Below, in pieces: positions 10,602-20,691 of a stretch of DNA of 64,000 bases. A program made the translations under genes and the position numbers. The notes beneath the pieces were generated by a model, which saw only the letters and a program-made list of their open reading frames with translations, was not told where the DNA came from and made no database searches. Position 1 is the first letter of the stretch. Each line of letters begins with the position of its first letter. The stretch is from Polaribacter sp. (GTDB lineage: Bacteria; Bacteroidota; Bacteroidia; Flavobacteriales; Flavobacteriaceae), in the NCBI GenBank assembly GCA_042091415.1, contig JBELHK010000001.1:4599-68598 (forward strand). The letters are read 5' to 3'.

Positions 10602-12035
10602 ATGCAACCTTTATATATTATAATACTTATTGTTTCTTACTTTTCTATGTTGATTTTCGTTTCATACATCACAGGAAAATCTGCAAATAATGAAACTTTT
10701 TTTAAAGCAAATAACTCATCACCTTGGTATTTAGTTGCTTTTGGTATGATTGGAGCTTCTTTATCGGGAGTTACTTTCATTTCAGTTCCAGGCTGGGTTG
10801 AAGCGCAAAGTATGAGTTACATGCAAATGGTATTTGGCTATATTATTGGTTACGCATTTATAGGTTTAGTACTACTTCCTCTATATTATAAACTAAATTT
10901 AACATCAATTTACACCTATTTACTTGATAGATTTGGGAAATCTTCTTACAAAACAGGAGCAAGTTTTTTTCTTTTATCTAGAACCATTGGTGCCGCATTT
11001 CGACTTTTTCTTGTAGCAAATGTTCTTCAACTATTATTATTTGATTCTTACGGAATTCCGTTTTGGGTAACTGTTACGGTTACAATTTTATTAATTTGGT
11101 TATATACATTTAAAGGAGGGATTAAAACGATTGTTTGGACTGATACACTTCAAACATTATTTATGTTATTAGCTGTTGGAATATGTATTTATACAATTTC
11201 TAACGAAATGCAAATAAGTAACCTTTTTTCTTATGTAGCAGAAAGCGACTATTCAAAAACATTTTTTTTTGACGATATAAAAAGCGGAAATTATTTTTGG
11301 AAACGTTTTTTTGCTGGTGCATTTATCGCAATTGTTATGACTGGTTTAGACCAAGATATGATGCAGAAAAATTTAACTTGCAGAAATTTAAAAGATGCTC
11401 AAAAGAATATGTTTTGGTTTACTATAGTTCTAGTTATTGTAAACTTTTTCTTTTTAGCATTGGGTATCCTTTTAACAAATTATGCGAAACAAAATGGAAT
11501 TGAAGCACATAAAGATGAACTTTTCCCTATTATTGCAACCAAAGGAACTTTAGGTTTAGCAACTGCAATCTTTTTTTTACTAGGATTAATTGCAGCTGCT
11601 TATTCGAGTGCTGACTCTGCCTTAACATCGCTAACGACATCCTTTAGTGTTGACATTCTTGAAATCAACAAGAAAAAGAAAAATCAACAAGAAAAAATAA
11701 GAAAGAAAATTCATATATTATTTTCAATTCTTTTGATTTTAACCATAATTATATTCAAATATTTTATTGCTGATGAAAGTGTAATCGCTAAAATATTCAC
11801 TTTCGCAAATTATACTTACGGACCTCTTTTAGGCTTATATGCTTTTGGTCTTTTTACCAAATATCAACTTGAAGACAAATGGGTTCCTCTTATTTGTTTT
11901 TTATCGCCATTTATAACTTTTATATTAAACTCACTTCTTCTAAATTATTTAAATTTCGATTTTGGATTTGCATTACTTATTGTAAATGGACTCATAACAA
12001 CTATAGGACTATACATTATTAAGGAAGATATTTGA
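10602..12035 (+). CDS. Sodium:solute symporter (SSS family)
   Basis: ASLSGVTFISVPG, GGIKTIVWTDTLQ, DQDMMQK, AAAYSSADS; multiple TM helices. Confidence 0.9.
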   Translation: MQPLYIIILIVSYFSMLIFVSYITGKSANNETFFKANNSSPWYLVAFGMIGASLSGVTFISVPGWVEAQSMSYMQMVFGYIIGYAFIGLVLLPLYYKLNLTSIYTYLLDRFGKSSYKTGASFFLLSRTIGAAFRLFLVANVLQLLLFDSYGIPFWVTVTVTILLIWLYTFKGGIKTIVWTDTLQTLFMLLAVGICIYTISNEMQISNLFSYVAESDYSKTFFFDDIKSGNYFWKRFFAGAFIAIVMTGLDQDMMQKNLTCRNLKDAQKNMFWFTIVLVIVNFFFLALGILLTNYAKQNGIEAHKDELFPIIATKGTLGLATAIFFLLGLIAAAYSSADSALTSLTTSFSVDILEINKKKKNQQEKIRKKIHILFSILLILTIIIFKYFIADESVIAKIFTFANYTYGPLLGLYAFGLFTKYQLEDKWVPLICFLSPFITFILNSLLLNYLNFDFGFALLIVNGLITTIGLYIIKEDI

Positions 12036-12393
12036 TATTGCTGAATACTTAAGCCTTATTTACTTAAAGATTCTAAACGGTTTTACAAATCTATTTACAT
12101 TCAAATTTTCAATTATCGCAGTTGATAATATTGCCTAGAAATAGTACACTTATCGAAATAAAAAAGTATTTCACCTTATGTAAAATTCTTTTAATTCTTA
12201 CAAATCAATGATATATGAAAAATATTTACTATATTTAGGGTAATTGTATGTAAAGAATCTTCTTATTTAGTCCCCCTTTATCATACCTACATAATTATAT
12301 TAACCCAAATAACAAAATATACTTCTGTTAAGTCTTTACTATGCGTAATAACTTTTGAGAATATATTCTGTTATAAAAAATAATTAAAAAGTT

Positions 12394-13245
12394 ATGAAAA
12401 AAAATTATAACCTAGTTTTTGTAGTATTTTTTATTCTTGTAGTAAATTATACATTCTCATTAAGTAAAAACTCTCAAAAACAAGAGTTTAACACCCAGAA
12501 CAATTATGCTGTAAAAGAAAATCATCAAATTACTAGCTCTTTCAAAACAACCGCTAATACAAGACCTGAAATTACAGTAAACCTTACAGACGGCGACAAA
12601 GAAAGATTCGCGAAAATTTATTACATAAACGGCACTACCAGGGGGCATGATCCTGGTTATGATGGTAAACTATTTGAAGGAACTACACACTATTTTGCAA
12701 TCTACACTGAATTAGTTGAGAGTGATGGAGAAAGGTATCAAATTCAATCGTTACCAAATAATGAACACGAAAAAATGGTTATTCCAATTGGAATAATAGC
12801 TAGTGCCGGTAAAGAAATAACGTTTACTGTAGAAGCTTTGAATTTACCCAATGGTATCAAAGTTTATTTAGAAGACAGAGAAAATAATATAGTTACCAGA
12901 TTAGATGAAGCAAATACAAATTATATTGTTTCTATAAACGATGCTTTAGATGGTACAGGTCGTTTTTACCTACATACTCGAAGTAGTACTTTAAAAACAG
13001 ATAATAATATTCTAAATGAAGTTACAATTTATACGATGAATCAAAACACATTACGCATTAAAGGTATTAATAGTGTTGATGCTTCGATTAAAATATATAC
13101 AATTCAAGGAAAAAAAATGGTAGATTACACTTTTACCTCTAAAGAAGTAACTGATATTGATTTACCTAGTTTAAAAACTGGAGTTTATATAGTGCAATTG
13201 GCCACAGAAAAAGGTAAAAAAATAAAAAAAATAATGTTGGAATAA
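12394..13245 (+). CDS. Secreted protein with T9SS type A C-terminal sorting domain
   Basis: Signal peptide; G.DPGYDG..F, VYLEDRE, GRFYLH module typical of the pre-CTD region of flavobacterial surface proteins; CTD (IYTIQGKK...LKTGVYIVQL...KKIMLE). Confidence 0.8.
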   Translation: MKKNYNLVFVVFFILVVNYTFSLSKNSQKQEFNTQNNYAVKENHQITSSFKTTANTRPEITVNLTDGDKERFAKIYYINGTTRGHDPGYDGKLFEGTTHYFAIYTELVESDGERYQIQSLPNNEHEKMVIPIGIIASAGKEITFTVEALNLPNGIKVYLEDRENNIVTRLDEANTNYIVSINDALDGTGRFYLHTRSSTLKTDNNILNEVTIYTMNQNTLRIKGINSVDASIKIYTIQGKKMVDYTFTSKEVTDIDLPSLKTGVYIVQLATEKGKKIKKIMLE

Positions 13246-13516
13246 TAAACAACAAATTAATCTTAATGAAAAAACTACTCGCTGAAGAGTAACACTAAAA
13301 CAGTGAGTTATAGTAAGCACATTGATTTTAAATCACAAAAAAAAAGTTCAAACTGATAGTATCTTAAAAACTATAAAATACTTTTTACAGAAACCTCAAA
13401 CAAAAATCTGATAAAAGTGGTTTAAAAATAAATTTATTATCATTCTTTCATATTCAATCACTTAAAAAATTAATCATAAACTAAAACATTTGTATTTTTG
13501 TATTATAATATAAATT

Positions 13517-14164
13517 ATGGCAAACGACTTAAGTGATTATAGAAAGTCTTACGATAAAGAAGAACTTTTAGAGAAGAATTGTCCTGCAAACCCCATAGAG
13601 TTATTTAATATATGGTTTACTAATGCAGACAATACAAAGAAGATTGAAGAACCAAATGCTATGACTGTTTCTACAATCGGTATAGATGGATATCCTAAAA
13701 GCAGAGTTGTTTTACTAAAAAAATTTAGTGATGAAGGTTTTGTATTTTATACAAACTATAATTCAGAAAAAGGCAAAGCTATTGACAACAACAATAACCT
13801 TTGCCTATCTTTTTTCTGGCCTAAATTAGAACAACAAATTATTATAAAAGGAATAGCTGAAAAGTTACCTGAAAGCAAATCAGATAATTATTTTGAATCA
13901 AGACCAAATGGGAGTAAATTAGGAGCTTGGGCTTCAGAACAAAGCAAAATAGTAGAATCTAGAGAAACCTTAGAAATAAGCTTAAAAGCATTTACAGAAA
14001 AATTTAAAAATAAAGAGATAAAAAGGCCAAAACATTGGGGTGGCTTCATAGTAAAACCAATTTCTATAGAGTTTTGGCAAGGACGCCCTAATAGAATGCA
14101 TGATAGAATAAGATATACGATTAAAGAAGATTTTTCTTGGAAGTTAGACAGATTAGCACCATAA
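13517..14164 (+). CDS. pdxH: Pyridoxine/pyridoxamine 5'-phosphate oxidase
   Basis: EPNAM, SRVVLLK, FYTNYNSEKG, YFESRP, EFWQGRPNRMHDR, RLAP C-terminus. Confidence 0.97.
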   Translation: MANDLSDYRKSYDKEELLEKNCPANPIELFNIWFTNADNTKKIEEPNAMTVSTIGIDGYPKSRVVLLKKFSDEGFVFYTNYNSEKGKAIDNNNNLCLSFFWPKLEQQIIIKGIAEKLPESKSDNYFESRPNGSKLGAWASEQSKIVESRETLEISLKAFTEKFKNKEIKRPKHWGGFIVKPISIEFWQGRPNRMHDRIRYTIKEDFSWKLDRLAP

Positions 14165-14197
14165 ATTTTATATTTACTAAATATTAATTTAACTTGT

Positions 14198-14686
14198 ATG
14201 AAAACTTTATACATTGTTCGTCACGCAAAATCATCATGGGAATATGACGGAATTGGTGATATTGACAGACCTTTAAAGAAAAGAGGTATAAATGACGCAC
14301 ATTTAATGTCTAAATTCTTATCAAAAAACATAAAAAAACCTGATTTATTATTGTCAAGTAGCGCTAATAGAGCTCTTCATACTTCAGTTATTTTTTGTGA
14401 AAACCTAGGCTACCCTTTAGCCAATCTTCATATTAACAAGCAGTTATACAGCTTTAGTGATGGCTATTTAGTAAAAACTGTTTGTGCCTTAGACGATGGT
14501 TTTAATTCAGCTATGGTCTTCAGCCACGATCATGGAATAAACACTTTTGTAAATAAATTCGGGAATCAACCTATCGCCCATGTTCCTACTTGTGGAATAA
14601 TTGGTATTAAGTTTCAAGAAAAACACTGGAAAAATATAAAAAAAGGTAAAACTTTTATGATAGAATTCCCCAAAAACCACAAATAA
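14198..14686 (+). CDS. SixA-like histidine phosphatase
   Basis: VRHAKSSW, DIDRPL..RG, SSSANRA motifs. Confidence 0.88.
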   Translation: MKTLYIVRHAKSSWEYDGIGDIDRPLKKRGINDAHLMSKFLSKNIKKPDLLLSSSANRALHTSVIFCENLGYPLANLHINKQLYSFSDGYLVKTVCALDDGFNSAMVFSHDHGINTFVNKFGNQPIAHVPTCGIIGIKFQEKHWKNIKKGKTFMIEFPKNHK

Positions 14687-15589
14687 TTGTCTGCTTTAGA
14701 GATAAAAAAATATGGAGCTATTGATATCGGGTCTAATGCAATTAGGCTCTTAATTTCTAACGTAATTGTTAGAAAAAATAGCGACCCTCAATTCAAAAAA
14801 TCTTCTCTTGTTCGTGTTCCTATTAGGCTTGGTGCTGATTCTTTTGGAAATGGAATTATAAGTGATGAAAATGTAAAGCGAATGACAGATGCAATTCAGG
14901 CTTTTAAACTTCTTATGAATATTCATGGAGTTGAAAGGTTTAAAGCATGTGCTACTTCTGCAATGAGAGAAGCTAAAAACGGCAACGATGTTGTAAAGAA
15001 AATTAAGAAAGAAACCGGAATCGACATTAGTATTATTGGAGGAAAAGAAGAAGCTGCCATAATTTCATTCACAGACTTAAATCATCTTATTGAGGGAGAC
15101 AATACGTATTTGTATGTTGATGTTGGAGGAGGTAGTACAGAATTTACAATTTTTTCTAAAGGTAAAATTGTAACTTCAAAATCTTTTAAAATGGGTACAG
15201 TTCGTTTATTAAATAATAAAAAATCTGAGAATAAAATCATTTTTGCTGATGTTGAGAATTGGATAAAAAAACATACAAAAGACTTAAAAAGAATTTCACT
15301 AATTGGTTCTGGCGGAAATATCAACAAAATCTTTAAAATGTCAGGTAGATCTGAGGGAAAGCCTATTTCATTTATCTATTTAAACGCTCAATATCAATTT
15401 TTAAAGAAAATGAGCTATCAAGACAGAATTTCAGAATTAAGCTTAAATCCTGATAGAGCTGATGTTATCATCCCTGCAACAAAAATTTACCTCTCTGCAA
15501 TGAAATGGAGTGGTGCTAGAAAAATATATGTACCAAAAATTGGACTTGCTGATGGTATTATAAAAAGTTTATTCTACAATAAACTGTAA
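14687..15589 (+). CDS. ppx: Exopolyphosphatase / Ppx-GppA family phosphatase
   Basis: IDIGSNAIR, ATSAMREA, DVGGGSTE, RADVI, GLADG. Confidence 0.9.
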   Translation: MSALEIKKYGAIDIGSNAIRLLISNVIVRKNSDPQFKKSSLVRVPIRLGADSFGNGIISDENVKRMTDAIQAFKLLMNIHGVERFKACATSAMREAKNGNDVVKKIKKETGIDISIIGGKEEAAIISFTDLNHLIEGDNTYLYVDVGGGSTEFTIFSKGKIVTSKSFKMGTVRLLNNKKSENKIIFADVENWIKKHTKDLKRISLIGSGGNINKIFKMSGRSEGKPISFIYLNAQYQFLKKMSYQDRISELSLNPDRADVIIPATKIYLSAMKWSGARKIYVPKIGLADGIIKSLFYNKL

Positions 15590-15718
15590 TTTTAAATTCG
15601 TTGATTTATAAATTATGTTGTTAAAGAAGATATTTAAAAATCTGAATCTAAATTAACTCATAACAATACAGTATATATATTGTTGCAAGTCAATTAAAAC
15701 ATTGGTGTTCTCATTTTT

Positions 15719-16747
15719 TCAGACGCTATATGCATCTATATGAGACATTATCATCTTATTGAATGCTGCCTCTTTATCATCAAAAAAACGAATACCTATT
15801 TCTAAATAACATAGCTCTTTTAATTCTCCTGAAAGTCTTGTGTAATCTTTTTCAGTCGTTAAAATTAGTTTTTTATGAGATTTTATAGCATCAAAATCAT
15901 GATTTATTCTTGTAATTTCTTTTTTTGAAAATTGATGATGATCTGGATATTTTAAATGCCTAAATGAAATTTGTTGATCTTTTAAAAAACGTAATAAAGG
16001 ACTCGGGTTTGCTATTCCTGTAATTAACAATATTTCAAAATCTTTTAATTCTTCTAGACTAAACTGATATTGACCTGAAATTTTATCAGCATAAGATATA
16101 TTTGTAAAAAAAACATCTTTCTTATATTTATTAAATTTAGCTAGTATAATTTCTTTTTGATCTTGATTTAAATTTAAAGGACACTTGGTCACAATAATTA
16201 TATCAGTTCTTTCTACCCCTGCTCTACTTTCTCTTAGATTACCTGTTGGCAGTAAAAAATCATCAGTAAACAAATCATCATATTTTGTTAATAAAATATA
16301 GAAACTTCCTTTTACTGCTCTGTGTTGAAATGCATCATCTAAAAGAATAACTTTGGGTAATTTTTGAGAAATTAGTTCTTCAATTCCTTGCTTTCTTTTC
16401 TCATTTACAGCTACAGTTATATTTTTAAACTTTTTAAAATATTGCAAAGGCTCATCACCAACATGTAATGCAGAATGACTGTTATTTACAATTAAAAAAC
16501 CAGTTGTTTTACGTTTATAACCTCTACTTAGAACAGCTATATTATATTTATCTTTTAGTAACCTGATTAAATATTCAATTTGAGGAGTTTTTCCTGTACC
16601 TCCAACACTTAAATTACCAACAACAATTACTGGCAACGAGAAATAAGTTGATTTTAAAACTCCAAAATCAAATAAAAGATTTCGAATTTTTGTAATCAAA
16701 TCATATAAAATAGATAAAGGAAATAATAAAAATCTTAGAAATTTCAT
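15719..16747 (-). CDS. lpxK: Tetraacyldisaccharide 4'-kinase
   Basis: VGNLSVGGTGKTP, LSRGYKR, GDEP, LDDAFQH, LLPTGNLRE, TTEKD. ATG at 16747. Confidence 0.96.
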   Translation of the reverse strand: MKFLRFLLFPLSILYDLITKIRNLLFDFGVLKSTYFSLPVIVVGNLSVGGTGKTPQIEYLIRLLKDKYNIAVLSRGYKRKTTGFLIVNNSHSALHVGDEPLQYFKKFKNITVAVNEKRKQGIEELISQKLPKVILLDDAFQHRAVKGSFYILLTKYDDLFTDDFLLPTGNLRESRAGVERTDIIIVTKCPLNLNQDQKEIILAKFNKYKKDVFFTNISYADKISGQYQFSLEELKDFEILLITGIANPSPLLRFLKDQQISFRHLKYPDHHQFSKKEITRINHDFDAIKSHKKLILTTEKDYTRLSGELKELCYLEIGIRFFDDKEAAFNKMIMSHIDAYSV

Positions 16748-16772
16748 CAAGGTAAAAATACATTAAAAATGT

Positions 16773-16780
16773 TAACTTTG
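16773..16780 (+). promoter_or_regulatory. -7 promoter element (TAACTTTG) of the Nif3 / zinc-ribbon gene pair
   Basis: Match to TAnnTTTG 19 nt upstream of ATG 16800. Confidence 0.55.
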
Positions 16781-16799
16781 ATTTTATTAAATCTACAAA

Positions 16800-17894
16800 A
16801 TGACTATTAGAAATATTACAGATTATATTGAAGAATTAGCTCCTTTAGCGTATGCAGAAAATTTTGACAATGTTGGTTTGTTAGTTGGCGATTTTGATAC
16901 TAAAGTACAAGGCGTACTAGTAACTTTAGATACTTTAGAGGAAACTGTTGAAGAAGCCATAAAAACTAATTGTAATTTAATTGTTAGTTTTCATCCTATA
17001 ATTTTTAGTGGTTTAAAAAAATTAAACGGAAATTCTTATGTTGAAAGAGTCGTTTTAAAAGCAATTAAAAACAATATCGCTATTTATGCAACTCACACCG
17101 CTTTAGACAATTCTAATAATGGAGTTTCTGCAAAAATTTGCGAGGTCATCGGTTTACAAAATCAAAAAATACTCATTCCTAAAAAAGGAATCATAAAAAA
17201 ATTAACCACATATATCCCCACTAAAAACCTTGAAGAGGTTAGAGAATCATTATTTAACTCTAACGCAGGTAATATTGGAAACTATAGTAATTGTTCATTT
17301 ACTATTGAAGGTGAAGGAACTTTTAAAGGAGGGCCAAACTCAAATCCTGTGATTGGAGAAAGAGGAAAGCTTCAAAAAGAAAAAGAAACTCAAGTATCTC
17401 TTACATTTGAGCAAAAAGATGAAAGTAATATAATAAAGGCTTTATTTAATTCTCATCCTTATGAAGAAGTTGCTTATGAGATAATGACTACCGAAAATGT
17501 TCATCAAAATATAGGTATGGGAATGATTGGAGAATTTGAAACAGCAATTGATGAAAAAGAATTTCTTATTCATTTAAAAAAAGTGATGAAAACTGAATGC
17601 GTACGCCACTCTAAATTTATCAATAAAAAAATAAAAAAAGTAGCTGTTTTAGGTGGTTCAGGTAGTTTTGCAATCTCAAACGCAATAAAATTAAAAGCAG
17701 ATGCTTATGTGAGTGCAGATTTTAAATATCATGATTTTTTTAAAGCTGAAAATAAAATATTACTAGCGGATATTGGTCATTATGAAAGCGAACAGTTTAC
17801 AAAAAAGCTTTTGGTTGACTATCTTACAAAAAAATTTAGTAATTTTGCAATCATTTTATCAGAAAAAAGTACAAATCCTATTTATTACATATAA
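16800..17894 (+). CDS. Nif3-like dinuclear metal centre hexameric protein (YqfO type)
   Basis: DNVGLLVG, FHPIIF, HTALD, HPYEEVAY (PII-like insert), GGSGS, DIGHYESE. Confidence 0.93.
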   Translation: MTIRNITDYIEELAPLAYAENFDNVGLLVGDFDTKVQGVLVTLDTLEETVEEAIKTNCNLIVSFHPIIFSGLKKLNGNSYVERVVLKAIKNNIAIYATHTALDNSNNGVSAKICEVIGLQNQKILIPKKGIIKKLTTYIPTKNLEEVRESLFNSNAGNIGNYSNCSFTIEGEGTFKGGPNSNPVIGERGKLQKEKETQVSLTFEQKDESNIIKALFNSHPYEEVAYEIMTTENVHQNIGMGMIGEFETAIDEKEFLIHLKKVMKTECVRHSKFINKKIKKVAVLGGSGSFAISNAIKLKADAYVSADFKYHDFFKAENKILLADIGHYESEQFTKKLLVDYLTKKFSNFAIILSEKSTNPIYYI

Positions 17895-17896
17895 AC

Positions 17897-18670
17897 ATGG
17901 CAAAAAACAAAGAAGTTTCAGTAGAAGAAAAATTAAGAGCTTTATATGACCTTCAATTAATTGATTCTAGAATAGATGATATTAGAAATGTAAGAGGAGA
18001 ACTTCCTTTAGAAGTTGAAGATTTAGAAGATGAGGTTGCTGGTTTAAATAAGAGAATATCTAATTTAAATGAGGATGTAACAAATTTAGATACTGATATT
18101 AATAATAAGAAATTAGCAATTGAAGAATCAAAAAATCTAATGAAAAAATATGACGAACAACAGAAGAAAGTTCGTAATAACAGAGAATTTGATTCCCTTT
18201 CTAAAGAAATAGAATACCAAGAGTTAGAAATTGAATTGTCTGAAAAAAGAATTAATGAATTCAAAGCTAAAATTGCTCAAAAAAATGAAGTAATTGACAA
18301 TACTAAAGAAAGATTAGAAAAACAAGAAAAGCACTTAGGACACAAAAAAGCTGAACTAGATGCAATTCTTAAAGAAACTGAAAAAGAAGAACAATTGCTT
18401 AAAGAAAAATCTGAAGAGTTTTCTAAATCTTTAGATGTTCATTTATTTTCAGCTTACTCAAGAATACGTAAAAAAGTAAAAAATGGTTTAGCGGTTGTTG
18501 CAATTGAAAGAGGTGCTTCAGGTGGTTCTTATTTTACAATACCTCCGCAAGTACAATTAGAAATTGCTAACAGAAAGAAAATCACTATAGATGAGTATAG
18601 TGGAAGAATACTTGTAGATGCAGCACTAGCTGAAGAAGAGAAGGCTAAAATTGATAGTATTTTCTCATAA
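17897..18670 (+). CDS. Coiled-coil / zinc-ribbon (zf-RING_7, CT398/FlgZ-like) domain protein, cysteine-less variant
   Basis: LQLIDSRID N-terminus, long coiled coil, C-terminal Y.RIR...GASGGS..IPPQ...DEYSGRIL. Linked to the Nif3 gene. Confidence 0.8.
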   Translation: MAKNKEVSVEEKLRALYDLQLIDSRIDDIRNVRGELPLEVEDLEDEVAGLNKRISNLNEDVTNLDTDINNKKLAIEESKNLMKKYDEQQKKVRNNREFDSLSKEIEYQELEIELSEKRINEFKAKIAQKNEVIDNTKERLEKQEKHLGHKKAELDAILKETEKEEQLLKEKSEEFSKSLDVHLFSAYSRIRKKVKNGLAVVAIERGASGGSYFTIPPQVQLEIANRKKITIDEYSGRILVDAALAEEEKAKIDSIFS

Positions 18671-18685
18671 AAAATAAAACAATTT

Positions 18686-18724
18686 AAAAAAAAACTCAAA
18701 ACATAATGTTTTGAGTTTTTTTTT
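18686..18724. terminator. Bidirectional intrinsic terminator
   Basis: A9-CTCAAAACAT-A-ATGTTTTGAG-T9, a perfect 19-bp inverted repeat between convergent genes. Confidence 0.9.
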
Positions 18725-18726
18725 AT

Positions 18727-20583
18727 TTAGTAATTTAATTTCTTTAAATAACTTAGCTTCTCTTTCCAAAGAATTAAATCCTCTTTAAACTCATTTACTC
18801 TATTTTTCACATTTAATAAAAGTGGATTATTATCATCTGCATTTGAGAAAAAGCCTAAATTGTTTTCTAATTGTTGAATTTCTTTAACAACTTCATCAAT
18901 TTTCTTTTTTACAAAAATAGCTTCTGAATCTAATTTTCTAAAATCTTTATCTTCTAAATAAGAATCTACTAAATTTGAAAATTTCAGCATAGCAAATTCA
19001 TTTTTATTTATAGATGATTTTGATATGATAGAATCAACTTTTTTATTAAACTTAGTATCTAAATGACGAAACTTACGTGGCAAACCACCTATTTTTATCC
19101 AATCTTTTATCAAAGCTTTTATTGATTCTTTGTCAAGTTTTATATCATCGATTTTATCTAAAAACTCTTGTTTAGCATCAATTACAATTTGTTGCTCTTT
19201 TGATATTGCATTTTTTTGTTGATGATATCTATCAAAATAATAATTGCAAGCTGATTTGAATCTTTTCCAAATATCATCAGAAAATTTTCTAGGCACATGT
19301 CCTATTTTTTTCCAATCAGATTGAATTTTTTTCATTGTATTAGTTGCAGTCTCCCAATCTTCACTATCTTTTATAGATTCCGCTATTTCTATTAATGCAA
19401 TTTTATCTTTTAAATTCTCTTGCTGACCACTTTTTTCTTTTTTGTAAAAGTCATTTTTAGCAGAATTAAACTTTTTTGTTGCTGTTTTAAATTTTTGCCA
19501 AACTTCTTCACTTTTTGAATATGGAAGTTTACCAGCATCAAAATATTTCTTTCTTAAATTTTCAATGTCTGTTATACTTTTTTGCCAATCTTTATGAGTT
19601 TTAATATTTGAACAATCGTAATTATTTATAGCCTCTACAACTTCAAGTTTTTTCTCTTTAATTTCTTGGACTTTAGAACGCATTTCTTTGTAAAAATCAT
19701 GCCTCTTATCATGAATTTTTTTGGTCGCAGCACTAAATCTTTTCCATATTTGTTCTCTCATTTCAACAGCTACAGGACCAATATCTTCTTTCCAAGCTTT
19801 GTGTAAATTCTGTAGTTTTTTTGCCGCAGATATTACATCTTTTTCTTCAGTTAGAGACTCAGCTGTTTCAATTATTTTTAATTTTTCTTCTAAATTATTT
19901 TTAAAATCTAAATCTCTATAATCCTTACTAAGATCTAGTAAATCATAAAAACGTTCTACATGAAAATGATATAACTTCCAAGTATCATTGTATCTTGTTT
20001 TAGGAACAGGGCCTATTTTTCTCCAAGAATCTTGTATTTCTTTGAATACAACATACATTGATTTAGGCTCTGCTTCTTGAATTAATGCTTTTAATCTATC
20101 AATAACTAAAAGCCTCTTCTCTAAATTTTCATTTAATCTCTTTTCTAAATCATTATAATATAAATCTCTATTTTTCTTATATTCAGACAATAAAGAATTG
20201 TATTCTGATTTAATTGGACTTGAAAATTGAAAGTCTATAGAATTTCCTCCATCAGCTAAAAAAGCAGCTTTTTTTTCTGCTAAAAGAGTTCCAAATTTTT
20301 TATTAAAGTTACTTTTGATATTCTCAACCTGACTTTTTACTTTATGAACAGGATTGTCTTTTAAAGTTTTTTTTAGGTTAGTTACTAACTCTTCAAGAGA
20401 TAATTTTGAATAATCTATCTCAGGTATAGAATTAGCCTCTTTCTCTTCTTCTTTTTCTGCTTCTTCAGCAACTGAATTTTCAATTTCACTTAAGGCAGCT
20501 TCAGTGCTATCTTCTTCAATAGAATTGGTAGTTATTTTATCAGATGTAATGTCTTCTGAAATGTTTTCTTCATTTTCTAACAT
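18727..20583 (-). CDS. DUF349 repeat protein
   Basis: Repeated units N.E.K..(I/L)....W..IG.VP....IW.RF..A...F; acidic low-complexity N-terminus. Confidence 0.85.
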   Translation of the reverse strand: MLENEENISEDITSDKITTNSIEEDSTEAALSEIENSVAEEAEKEEEKEANSIPEIDYSKLSLEELVTNLKKTLKDNPVHKVKSQVENIKSNFNKKFGTLLAEKKAAFLADGGNSIDFQFSSPIKSEYNSLLSEYKKNRDLYYNDLEKRLNENLEKRLLVIDRLKALIQEAEPKSMYVVFKEIQDSWRKIGPVPKTRYNDTWKLYHFHVERFYDLLDLSKDYRDLDFKNNLEEKLKIIETAESLTEEKDVISAAKKLQNLHKAWKEDIGPVAVEMREQIWKRFSAATKKIHDKRHDFYKEMRSKVQEIKEKKLEVVEAINNYDCSNIKTHKDWQKSITDIENLRKKYFDAGKLPYSKSEEVWQKFKTATKKFNSAKNDFYKKEKSGQQENLKDKIALIEIAESIKDSEDWETATNTMKKIQSDWKKIGHVPRKFSDDIWKRFKSACNYYFDRYHQQKNAISKEQQIVIDAKQEFLDKIDDIKLDKESIKALIKDWIKIGGLPRKFRHLDTKFNKKVDSIISKSSINKNEFAMLKFSNLVDSYLEDKDFRKLDSEAIFVKKKIDEVVKEIQQLENNLGFFSNADDNNPLLLNVKNRVNEFKEDLILWKEKLSYLKKLNY

Positions 20584-20691
20584 ATCTACAATGTTTAAAG
20601 GTCTGAATATAACACTATAATTATACTCCTAACAAAAATACTTACAAGTAACAAGAATTACAAGAGATATTTACAAGTAATATCAATTAAA

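Noticed and set aside
12314-12376. Imperfect direct repeat AATATA(C)TTCTGTTA in the T9SS gene leader
   Set aside because: Only two AT-rich copies, which could arise by chance. No further support.
18686-18724. 19-bp perfect inverted repeat as a MITE end or operator
   Set aside because: Single copy with A/T tails between convergent genes. Fully explained as a bidirectional terminator.
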